64,000 bases of DNA, from positions 1,792,001-1,856,000 of the forward strand of contig CAWGLD010000001.1 of NCBI GenBank assembly GCA_963823335.1, in the 5' to 3' direction. Positions 1-8,712 of the stretch are shown here, one piece after another. The number at the start of each line of letters is the position of its first letter. Position 1 is the stretch's first letter. The notes beneath the pieces were generated by a model. The model had not been told where the DNA came from. It saw only the letters and a program-made list of their open reading frames with translations, and searched no databases. The position numbers and the translations under genes were made by a program. The DNA is from an uncultured delta proteobacterium (GTDB lineage Bacteria > Desulfobacterota > Desulfobacteria > Desulfobacterales > B30-G6).

Positions 1-51
1 CCGTCTGCACCCGGGTGTTCTCACGGATGTCACTATATAGGAATCTTTCAT
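1..51 (-). CDS. Thiolase (acetyl-CoA C-acyltransferase), N-terminal fragment running off the window
   Basis: ATG at 51 with GGAGGA upstream; MKDSYIVTSVRTPGCRR fits the thiolase N-terminal 'VRTP' motif; lies directly downstream of fadN. Confidence 0.75.
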   Translation of the reverse strand, partial: MKDSYIVTSVRTPGCRR

Positions 52-132
52 TTTTTATCCTCCTTGAATAAAATCGCTTCTGCGATTTTATGTGCAGCGG
101 CGTATGCCGCTGATGTTATTCTTTTAAAGGTT

Positions 133-2541
133 TCAATTCCTGAGAGGTTTGCCTGTTTTGAGCATGTGATCGATCCTGGCCAGGGTCTTTTCTTCTTTCA
201 GCAGATCGATGAAGGCCTCTCTTTCCAGCGTCAGGATGACGTCTTCCTCGATGGTGCTGTTGGCACGCACGTTGCCGCCGGTCATGACATAGGCGATCCG
301 TTTGAGAACAAAAGCATCGTATTCACTGATGTAGCCGGCTCTCTGCATGTCTGCTATCTGTGTATTGGCCATTCCCTGGGCAGCTTCTCCCAGAACTTTT
401 ATCTTTCGTTTGACCGGGGGCGCGTACCCTGCGTCCACCATTCTCAGCACTTCCTTTTTCGATTCTCCCACCAGATAATCACGGTTGAAGATAATCCGGT
501 CCGTGGGATTCAGAAAGCCGTTGGCCCTTGCCTCGGCAGCGGACATGGAGACTTTGGCCATGCCAATGGCCATAAAAGCCGGTATAAAAAATCGTGTCAG
601 GTCGACCTCTCCTGCGGCTGCCTCAGGAATCGAATCCACAAAATTTCGCCACAAGGCCAGGCATCCCCCGCCGGCAGGCAGGAGGCCGACACCGAATTCA
701 ACCAGACCCATGAAAAGATCACTATGGGCCACGACCCGGTCTGAGGCCAGGCAGATCTCACACCCACCACCCAGGGCCAGACCATAGGGTGCCGCAACAA
801 CGGGAAAAGGCGCATAGCGGGCCTTCATGAGACCGTACTGGAGGTCCTTGATCATCTGTTCGATTTCCCCAAAGCGGTTTTCCGTCACCGCCTGTCTCAC
901 GGCAGTCAGATCGGCCCCGGCTGAAAACGCACCCGGCATACCGCCGGCCTGGTTGCCGATCACGAGTCCGACCCCGTTATTATCGACAAAATCGATGGCT
1001 GAGTGGAGCGCCTGGATAATATCCTGGTTCAGGGAATTCATCTTGGAGTGAAACTCGAGACAGAAAACACCATTGCCCAGATCCACGAGGGATGCATGCT
1101 CATTGGATTGAGCCACTTTGCCATCCGCCTTCAAGCCTGCCAGGGAAATGATATTGGCACTCACCTGAACGGGTTTGTATTCACCGGAGGCAAAATCGTA
1201 GAAAAGACGCTGGCCCTGCTCTGTTTTATAAAATGAGGTATGACCGGCTGTTAGCATTTTGCTGATATTTTCGGGGATGAGAAATCCATCCTTTTTCATT
1301 TTCTGCACTGATTTGACAAGATCGATGGCATCCCAGGTCTCGAATGGGCCCATTTCAAAGTTGAATCCCCATTTCATGGCATTATCGATTTCGACGATGG
1401 TGTTCGAAATTTCAGGGATCCTGTTGGCCGAGTATACCAGGTTGCTGGCAACAGCCTTCCAGGCAAAGCGTGCCCCGTTATCGGTACCATACATGACGGC
1501 ATTGATCTTGTCGGATAGGGTCTTGGCTTTGCGGGCTTCTGCCAGACAGGGGAAATCAGGGGTCTCGTAAGCAGCATATTCCAGGGTTGACGGGTCGATA
1601 ACCTTGCGAATCTTCTGCCATTCCGGTGTCAAGTCTGTTTTATAAAACCCTTTCTGGGTTTTCTTACCCAACAGGTTGTTCTTGAGCATGCGGGTCGCGA
1701 ATTCAGGAATCTGAAAACTGTCCCTGTCTTCGTCGTCCGTTACCAGCTCATAGGTGTTCCCAGCCACATGACTCAGAATGTCAAGTCCTACCAGATCGGC
1801 AGTTTTGAACATAGCGGTCTTGGGGCGTCCCATGACCGGGCCGAAGAGCGCATCGACTTCCGGAATGCTCAATCCTTCTTCCAGCATCAATTTCATGGCT
1901 TTGACCATGCCGTGAATACCGATCCGGTTACCAACGAAATTGGGGGTGTCTTTGGCCCACACAATGCCTTTGCCGAGAATCCGTTCGCCAAAGTCCGCCA
2001 TAAAATCGAGGACATCCCTGTGGGTTTCTTCACCCGGAATAATCTCGAGCAGTTTCATATAGCGGACGGGGTTGAAAAAATGGGTTCCAAGAAAATGCTG
2101 TTTGAATTCCTGGGAACGCCCTTGGGACATGGCTTTCAAGGGTATACCGGAGGTGTTGGAGGAAACGATGGTTCCTGGTTTCCGGATCCCCTCGAGACGC
2201 TCGAACAGCTGATGTTTGACGGCCAGATTTTCGACGACGACTTCGATAATCCAGTCGCATGTGGATATTTGGTCAAAATCGTCTTCGAGGTTGCCGATGG
2301 TGATAAGATCCAGATCTTTCGTCTGCATGAGAAGTGCCGGTCTGGCTGCGGCAATGTTATCGAGGCCTGCCTTTGCGATTCTGTTGCGGGCTTCAGGGTT
2401 CTTTTTCTCATCGTCGTTCAGGTTGGGCGGAACGATATCCAGCAACAGCGTTTTGATGCCGGCACCTGCCAGCAGCGCGGCGATGCCCCCTCCCATGACG
2501 CCTGAGCCGATAACAACGGCTTTTCTGACTTTTCTTTGCAT
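133..2541 (-). CDS. fadN: 3-hydroxyacyl-CoA dehydrogenase / enoyl-CoA hydratase family protein (FadN-like)
   Basis: GSGVMG Rossmann motif, SNTSG, HFFNPVRYM, C-terminal crotonase domain (ALGGGCE), ends TGKPLRN; start MQRKVRK follows GGAGGA. Confidence 0.9.
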   Translation of the reverse strand: MQRKVRKAVVIGSGVMGGGIAALLAGAGIKTLLLDIVPPNLNDDEKKNPEARNRIAKAGLDNIAAARPALLMQTKDLDLITIGNLEDDFDQISTCDWIIEVVVENLAVKHQLFERLEGIRKPGTIVSSNTSGIPLKAMSQGRSQEFKQHFLGTHFFNPVRYMKLLEIIPGEETHRDVLDFMADFGERILGKGIVWAKDTPNFVGNRIGIHGMVKAMKLMLEEGLSIPEVDALFGPVMGRPKTAMFKTADLVGLDILSHVAGNTYELVTDDEDRDSFQIPEFATRMLKNNLLGKKTQKGFYKTDLTPEWQKIRKVIDPSTLEYAAYETPDFPCLAEARKAKTLSDKINAVMYGTDNGARFAWKAVASNLVYSANRIPEISNTIVEIDNAMKWGFNFEMGPFETWDAIDLVKSVQKMKKDGFLIPENISKMLTAGHTSFYKTEQGQRLFYDFASGEYKPVQVSANIISLAGLKADGKVAQSNEHASLVDLGNGVFCLEFHSKMNSLNQDIIQALHSAIDFVDNNGVGLVIGNQAGGMPGAFSAGADLTAVRQAVTENRFGEIEQMIKDLQYGLMKARYAPFPVVAAPYGLALGGGCEICLASDRVVAHSDLFMGLVEFGVGLLPAGGGCLALWRNFVDSIPEAAAGEVDLTRFFIPAFMAIGMAKVSMSAAEARANGFLNPTDRIIFNRDYLVGESKKEVLRMVDAGYAPPVKRKIKVLGEAAQGMANTQIADMQRAGYISEYDAFVLKRIAYVMTGGNVRANSTIEEDVILTLEREAFIDLLKEEKTLARIDHMLKTGKPLRN

Positions 2542-2648
2542 GGTTTCCTCCTGGTTATGGTGGTCTGTACAGGTTTCCGATGGCGGGTCTCGGGTCCAAA
2601 TGCGTGCAAACAGATTGGTTCTGCCAAGGCGCCCCATCCATTGGAACT

Positions 2649-2699
2649 AAAATGAATGAACATTCATTTTACTTAACAGAGAGTCAGGGGCCGTGTCAA
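2649..2699 (-). promoter_or_regulatory. Sigma70-type promoter of fadN with an adjacent palindromic operator
   Basis: TTGACA on minus at 2699-2694, weak extended -10 TGTTAAGTA, then AAAATGAAT-GAAC-ATTCATTTT (2649-2670), resembling TetR/FadR(YsiA)-type boxes. Confidence 0.55.
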
Positions 2700-2780
2700 G
2701 GGGTATTCATAGTTATTGTGAATTAATAAAAAAATAATAATAACAAATAATTGAATTGATTTAGTCTAATTTTTCGAATA

Positions 2781-2839
2781 TTGACAACACGCATCCGACA
2801 GCTATGATGAGGTCATAAACAGAATGAATATAAATTCAT
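2781..2839 (+). promoter_or_regulatory. Divergent sigma70-type promoter with a second ATGAAT-N4-ATTCAT box
   Basis: TTGACA-N16-TATGAT at 2781-2808; ATGAAT-ATAA-ATTCAT at 2824-2839. Confidence 0.45.
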
Positions 2840-2955
2840 AAAAAGAACCGCAATAATCAGGGTCGAAAAGATAGGTTTGTCGAGGTGCGAGACTTTTCAG
2901 CTTATTTGAGGGTGCAGGGCAGGGAAACGGTTGCAGGCACGGCCGCCATTCCCAG

Positions 2956-3002
2956 AAAAAAAGGCAGCCGGTCTACTCGCGATAAAAGCAGATCCGGCTG
3001 CC
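2956..3002 (-). terminator. Rho-independent terminator of the HU gene
   Basis: GGCAGCCGG/CCGGCTGCC stem followed by T7 on the minus strand. Confidence 0.75.
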
Positions 3003-3039
3003 ATTGATGTCTGGTCTGTCAACTGTTTACAAAGGGCGT

Positions 3040-3312
3040 CTAAACAGCTTCACTCAGTTTTTTTCCGGCGGAGAATTTGACCACATTTTTACCCTTGATT
3101 TTGATGACCTCACCTGTCTGTGGATTGCGACCTTTACGGGTTTTGCGGTAGATTTTTTTAAATGTTCCAAAACCTACAAGTGTGACCTTGCCGTTTTTCT
3201 TTTTCAACGCCTTGGTGACGTTGTCCACAAATGAATTGAGTGCTACCCCGGCCGCAGCCTTGGATATGCCGGCATCCTTTGCAATGTTTTCGATGAGTTC
3301 TGCTTTTGTCAT
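3040..3312 (-). CDS. hup: DNA-binding protein HU
   Basis: MTKAELI..., VTLVGFGTF, RKGRNPQTGE motifs; 90 aa. Confidence 0.95.
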   Translation of the reverse strand: MTKAELIENIAKDAGISKAAAGVALNSFVDNVTKALKKKNGKVTLVGFGTFKKIYRKTRKGRNPQTGEVIKIKGKNVVKFSAGKKLSEAV

Positions 3313-3411
3313 ATTCCTCCCCCTTTTATTTACGTTAATGGATAAGCCCCTTGTTCATGGCGATTTATAGCATTCATAGGCGAAAGTCAAGGGTCAAGTG
3401 TGCGTAAGCCC

Positions 3412-6400
3412 TTAAACCAAGGGTTTTGTGTCTGCCAGACCGGCCAGAATTGCTTCACCACTTTTTTCGGCGGATTTTCCGAACAACTCGTCCATCTCCA
3501 GATGTTGCAGATAGCTGTCTTTCCAGGGGACACTGTTTTCCATGACAATGTTTTTAATATGCTCATACTTACCGCCGAGTGCCTTGATTATAATGGGCAA
3601 GGGTACATTCTCACGAAAAGAGATATTCAGAAGCAGGAGGTTTTCGATGATGTTGGGTCTGTCGGAAGATGTTGAAATAGCCGGAATTACAAGGATGCTG
3701 CGGTCGTCCTTACGCCCTTTTCCAATGTAGACGTTTCCTTTTTGAACAATGATACGCTTGGTACCCTTGAGAGCCGTATCGGTTTCAACACGGGAAGGGA
3801 TCTGTTTCAACACACCTTTTTTCTCCAGCACTTCGATGGTGGTTTCATCCGTGAGTTCGCTCAACAGGTTCAGCTTGTTGATTTGGTAAAGTATGGATCC
3901 ACCAATGTCCGCAACGATCTCCTGCAGATTTCTCAAAACGAGAACATTGTTGGGAGTGATCTGGGAGATGAGGATGTCGTGCTCGGTCAGAGAGTCGAAC
4001 AGGAGCCCCTTGATTTTTTCACTGATGCGGCTGGTTCCTACGGTCACCGTTTTTGCCTGGTGCTTGATGGCATCGATGGGCCGGGACATGGTATTGATGG
4101 AGTCACTGATGATCGTGAAAAACGTATTAATCATGTTCAATGCCGTACCCTTGACACCAAAATCGAGTTCAAAGTCGGGCAGGGGAAGCTTACCGGATAG
4201 GTATTTCAACAGGAGTGTCAGGTCAGAGGCCATGGCTATGGACACGGGAAAGCGATGCTTTTGTTTTTTATCTCGAAATTCCTGGTAAAATTTCGCGATT
4301 GTTTCCCGGAATGATTTTTCGAGGATCACCTCGTAGACATCCATTCCCTGGGCGGCCTTCTGGTCGATGGTTTCCTTGATCTGTTCACGAAAGGTGTGCA
4401 GAAACTTGGACCCTTCGTTGATGGCCAGAGCAGCATAATACCCCCAGAGATGACCCACGAGGGTGTTCAGGATAGGTGCCAGGTGCTCGCTGGTGACGGG
4501 GACGTGGAATATGTCTTCTGCATAGGGATCGAATCGTGATTCCCCTTCATCGGCGATGACGATGGGTGTCGCCTTGTGAGCCTTGAATATGGCGGTGTCT
4601 TTGATGATATCGCTGACGACCGTACTCTTGGCGCCGGCCGCACACACAATTATCAGGGGCTCTGATGAGAGGTCGATATGTTTTTTGTCCTCGACATAGT
4701 CCGAGGAGATGGTCTTGTAACAGAGTTCACTCAGCTTGATCCTGATTTCATCGGCGGAAGCCTTGTTGGGTCCGCTTCCCACGGCAGCCCAGTAGGTTTT
4801 TGTGGCTGCAAGCCTACGGGCGGAGTTTTCGATAGCCTCTGCCTGGCCGAGGATTTTTTTCATGTGGGTCGGCAGCTCGAGCAGCTTCTTGATTTCTTCA
4901 GTCACGAAAGCGATATCCCGGCGACCGGTTGCGGCAGCCATATGGAGCCCCAGCACTGCACCGGCCGCGATTTGTGAATAAAAAGCCTTTGTCGAGGCTA
5001 CCGACATCTCGATGTCGCGGCCGCTGCTGGTGTACATGACCCCCTCGACTTTAAAGGTAATATCGGAATCCCGGCGGTTGACGATGGCCAGCGTTCTGGC
5101 GCCGCGCCCTCGGACCATATCGACAGTGCGGTTGGTATCAGCGGTTGTTCCTGACTGGCTGATGGCGATTACCAGTGTATCCGACATACTGTCGGGGCGG
5201 TCGTGTTCACTCATCTTAAACCCGCTCAGTTCCGATGCTTTCAGGGCGTCAATAAAAATTCTCGAATCATTCAGGTAGTGATTCAGGATGTTGGCGCAGG
5301 CTTGCGCGGCAATCCCCGCTGTGCCCTGGCCGATAAAATAGATTCTTTGTATCTTGTTGCAGCGCAGGGCTTCGATAATTGACGCGTTCAACACGCTGCT
5401 GTCCAGTACAGTGGTGTATTGTTCGTTTCCGGTCAGTTTCCAGCGGTTGTGGAGTGTTTTTTCAATGGAGGCGGGGGATTCTGAAATTTCCTTCAAAAAA
5501 TAATGAGGGAAAGACTGCCGGTCGATATCCCTGGGCGTAATGGCGGTTCGCTTGACGTCGGATTCCCCGAGTTCTATGGCTGAGCCGTCATAGGCCATGG
5601 CTTCGATCCCGTCCAGGCCTCCGGATGAGTTCTGGTCCAGAATGAAAATCTGCCCCTGCACATCCCCATGCTTGCCCCGGATTATTTTTTCGCCGTCCAG
5701 TTTCAGGTAATGGGGTGTTTCTTCGACAAACCCGTAGACTTCCGATGACGGTATATAACGATCTTCTGAAAGACCTACAAAGATGGCCTGGCCGCTGCCC
5801 CGCTGGCCCAGAAACAGTTTGCCCGGGGCCAGGTTGGTGTGCATGGAAATGGCATGAGAGCCCTTGAAATCGTTCAAGGCCCGGCGAAACGCCTCAGCCA
5901 CCGGAGCGCCTTTCTGGAGATACTTCTGGATTTGCAGGGGGATGACCTTGGTGTCGGTCGAGATATCTTCCTGGATCACGGCACCCGATTTTAGAAGCGC
6001 TTCTTTGATTTCCAGATAATTGTCGATGTCGCCGTTGAGACAGGCATGGACAATACCCCTGGCAGCAAGATTGTTTCCCTCCGGTATATTGTCCATGGGA
6101 TGGCAGTTTGATTCAGTAATGGCGCCCACGGAAGCCCAGCGTGTGTGGGATGATATGGTGTAGTTCACAGGTTCACAGGTTACTGCCCGCTGGAAAATGG
6201 GGTCTGTTTTGATCTGGTGACGCAAATAGGAAACATTGTCTCCAAGACTACCGATTTCAGCGGCAATTTTGAAAGTGAAAGCCAGGGCGACGCAGTCACT
6301 TTGGGTCGGATCTGTCTGTATGCTTCCGTTGGACAGGATATTGCGTGAAGATCTGTCGGTAAAGGCTTCCAGCAGGCCGTCGTGATCGATAATTTTGTGC

Positions 6401-7167
6401 AGGTCTTGCCAGTCCTTTGCACCCAACAGGAGCATGACGGAGATGCCGGCCGAATCTCTTCCACGAACCTCCAAGCGGTCGATACTGTTGAAGACAGCGT
6501 TGATTTCCCGAAATATCTTGATACAAAATGGTGAGGCCATGCCCGCAGGGTAGGAGATGAGGCCCTCGATCTTATGAATATTTCCGACAATTTCGGTCTT
6601 GATGGACCAGTGAATGTCTTTCAAAATCTCGAGGGAATCCGTGATCGTCTCGACCTCACCCGGTGAAAGATGACCGATCTGTAGAGATAGTTCAACAGAT
6701 TCTCCATCAATGACGGTCTGGATCTTTTTGGCAAGTTCCAGAAGTTCCTCCAGGACATCCCTGTGAGTGAAGACATGCAGGAAAGTATCGGTCTGCTTGA
6801 GCTGTTGAACCTGGTCGTGGAGAGATGTCAGAAGCGCTTTTCCGCCCAAGTAGTGAATCTTTCCGGCAAGTTTTTCCCGGGCACACTGAACGATGGTTTT
6901 CTGTTCAAGTGACCGGATCTGATCTTTCAAACCGGGTATATCCACTCTTAGGCCCGATGTCTGCTTTGATTTAATAGAAACGATTCCTGTCAGTCCGCAG
7001 GACAGTCTGTTTGGAAAATAGGGAAAGAATACCAGGGAACCCGGGGGGACCCTGTTGGGATTTCGGCCAAAATAGACCTGTCGATGTAACATGGCACCGA
7101 GGGCGCTCTGCCGATTGTTGTGTCTGCTTTTCGTTTGGGAGCGAACGTCATGTTTCATGCTTGCCAT
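3412..7167 (-). CDS. glmS: Giant GlmS-like glutamine amidotransferase/SIS protein (start uncertain)
   Basis: CGLTG, LEVRGRDSAG, HTRWAS, NGDIDNY, SQSGTTADT, VASTKAF, AKTVTVG motifs; about twice the canonical length. Confidence 0.75.
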   Translation of the reverse strand: MASMKHDVRSQTKSRHNNRQSALGAMLHRQVYFGRNPNRVPPGSLVFFPYFPNRLSCGLTGIVSIKSKQTSGLRVDIPGLKDQIRSLEQKTIVQCAREKLAGKIHYLGGKALLTSLHDQVQQLKQTDTFLHVFTHRDVLEELLELAKKIQTVIDGESVELSLQIGHLSPGEVETITDSLEILKDIHWSIKTEIVGNIHKIEGLISYPAGMASPFCIKIFREINAVFNSIDRLEVRGRDSAGISVMLLLGAKDWQDLHKIIDHDGLLEAFTDRSSRNILSNGSIQTDPTQSDCVALAFTFKIAAEIGSLGDNVSYLRHQIKTDPIFQRAVTCEPVNYTISSHTRWASVGAITESNCHPMDNIPEGNNLAARGIVHACLNGDIDNYLEIKEALLKSGAVIQEDISTDTKVIPLQIQKYLQKGAPVAEAFRRALNDFKGSHAISMHTNLAPGKLFLGQRGSGQAIFVGLSEDRYIPSSEVYGFVEETPHYLKLDGEKIIRGKHGDVQGQIFILDQNSSGGLDGIEAMAYDGSAIELGESDVKRTAITPRDIDRQSFPHYFLKEISESPASIEKTLHNRWKLTGNEQYTTVLDSSVLNASIIEALRCNKIQRIYFIGQGTAGIAAQACANILNHYLNDSRIFIDALKASELSGFKMSEHDRPDSMSDTLVIAISQSGTTADTNRTVDMVRGRGARTLAIVNRRDSDITFKVEGVMYTSSGRDIEMSVASTKAFYSQIAAGAVLGLHMAAATGRRDIAFVTEEIKKLLELPTHMKKILGQAEAIENSARRLAATKTYWAAVGSGPNKASADEIRIKLSELCYKTISSDYVEDKKHIDLSSEPLIIVCAAGAKSTVVSDIIKDTAIFKAHKATPIVIADEGESRFDPYAEDIFHVPVTSEHLAPILNTLVGHLWGYYAALAINEGSKFLHTFREQIKETIDQKAAQGMDVYEVILEKSFRETIAKFYQEFRDKKQKHRFPVSIAMASDLTLLLKYLSGKLPLPDFELDFGVKGTALNMINTFFTIISDSINTMSRPIDAIKHQAKTVTVGTSRISEKIKGLLFDSLTEHDILISQITPNNVLVLRNLQEIVADIGGSILYQINKLNLLSELTDETTIEVLEKKGVLKQIPSRVETDTALKGTKRIIVQKGNVYIGKGRKDDRSILVIPAISTSSDRPNIIENLLLLNISFRENVPLPIIIKALGGKYEHIKNIVMENSVPWKDSYLQHLEMDELFGKSAEKSGEAILAGLADTKPLV

Positions 7168-7358
7168 CCTTTGAGCGTATTTCCAAAGTCTTCTTTTTTA
7201 CAACATCGGGTCGGCCGGATTTTTGACAGCTTCCCTGTCCGGGGGTTTTATTATACCTGTCACCAGGAAATCTGCAACCTCTTTCCAGGGATTGGACGGG
7301 TGGAGAATTCTCATACGCCGTCTGACGTCTCAAACGATACAGGTGCCATGATAACGGT

Positions 7359-8711
7359 TCAACCTGATTTTAAAAAATTTGCGTAGTATTTTTGAATAGC
7401 CATGCGGGCGTAAGCCGCTGCCCGGATGCCGATAAATTCTTCGTGGGCCACAACAACGGCAATGGCCATTTTCTTGTTGCCGTTTTTCAGATCGGCGAAA
7501 CCCACGAACCAGTCGTATCGCAAATCATGTTTCTGGTTATAGATAGAACCGGTTTTGCCGCCCAGGTTGCACTTTGATAGGACAGGATCTTTTTGGAAAC
7601 CCGTGAAGGCTTTTTTGGCCGTGCCATATCGGACGGTGGCTTCCATGAGGTCGTAGAGCACGCGCGACGCCCTGGGTGTAATGACCTGTTTCACTGGGCC
7701 CGGGCGGTTCTCGTAGAGAAGTTGACCGGACCCATCGGTGATTCGCTGGACGATTGTCGGCTTCACACCCTGGCCTTGATTGAGAATGACGGCAGGCAGC
7801 AATGCAGCATGAATAGCCGAAAGTGTGGTCTGCCGGTTGAAGCCACTGGCAATTTCAGCCCTGTGATAGGGCGTGTCGGTGATGTTGAAACGACTCGCCA
7901 AGAGGGGCAGTTCGAACTCGATTTCCGTGTTGAAACCGAAAGCCTCCGCACATGCCGACAGCTGATCCTTTTCAAGACTCAAAGCGCCGAGTTTGCCAAA
8001 AACAGGGTTGATGGATTTGGCAAAAGCTTCTTGGAATGTGGTGTGGTTGGTATAGCGGTTTTTTCGATCTTTGAGCTGGGTTTTGTAGAGCGTGTGTTGA
8101 CTGCCGTTGAACCTGAGTTTCGCGTTTGAATCAAGATTTTTTTGTTCGACGACGGCGGCGGCCGTGATAATTTTAAAGATACTTGCAGCAGGATAGGTGT
8201 TGTCAAGACAGGTATTGTTGTCAGGGTCGATTTTGTCGTAACCGGCCATCATGAGGATTTCACCACTGGCAGGATCCAGAGCGACTAACGCAATGTAACG
8301 TGAATTCTTGCGATCCAGTTTTCCCAGCATGTAGTCCTGCAGAGAGGGGTCGATGCTGGTGTCGAGATGAAGGGTCTTGTTCTGTCGTGTTACCTGGAAG
8401 GCGGCTTGCTTGAGATTGAGCAAAGATATGTCTTGCAAGAGCTGTTGGGCCACCTGTTTGTCGTTTTGCCGGGGAGCCTCTTCGGGCGAGGCAGTGGCCG
8501 CTTCTTTTGAAGTGTTTTTACCACTATCGTCCAACCAGCTGAAACACTGGACCAGACCGTAGAGTCCGATAAGGAGGACCAGCGTCATTATAACCAGCCG
8601 CAAAATTTTACGGAAAAGAGTTTTGCGGTTCCGGTTTCTCTGAAACAGACTCTGGTGGGTTTGCCATCCGGGCAAGGATGGGTTCCGGTTGTGGTTCCTG
8701 AGGATTTCCAT
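7359..8711 (-). CDS. Penicillin-binding transpeptidase domain protein
   Basis: N-terminal TM helix; SxxK (ASIFK), SxN (KSIN) and KTG motifs. Confidence 0.85.
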   Translation of the reverse strand: MEILRNHNRNPSLPGWQTHQSLFQRNRNRKTLFRKILRLVIMTLVLLIGLYGLVQCFSWLDDSGKNTSKEAATASPEEAPRQNDKQVAQQLLQDISLLNLKQAAFQVTRQNKTLHLDTSIDPSLQDYMLGKLDRKNSRYIALVALDPASGEILMMAGYDKIDPDNNTCLDNTYPAASIFKIITAAAVVEQKNLDSNAKLRFNGSQHTLYKTQLKDRKNRYTNHTTFQEAFAKSINPVFGKLGALSLEKDQLSACAEAFGFNTEIEFELPLLASRFNITDTPYHRAEIASGFNRQTTLSAIHAALLPAVILNQGQGVKPTIVQRITDGSGQLLYENRPGPVKQVITPRASRVLYDLMEATVRYGTAKKAFTGFQKDPVLSKCNLGGKTGSIYNQKHDLRYDWFVGFADLKNGNKKMAIAVVVAHEEFIGIRAAAYARMAIQKYYANFLKSG

Positions 8712-8712
8712 A

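Noticed and set aside
64-2650. Long antisense or alternate-frame ORFs (e.g. 64-744, 1768-2505; also 9841-10740, 18649-19725, 48511-49386)
   Set aside because: Shadows of well-supported genes on the opposite strand, with no recognisable motifs
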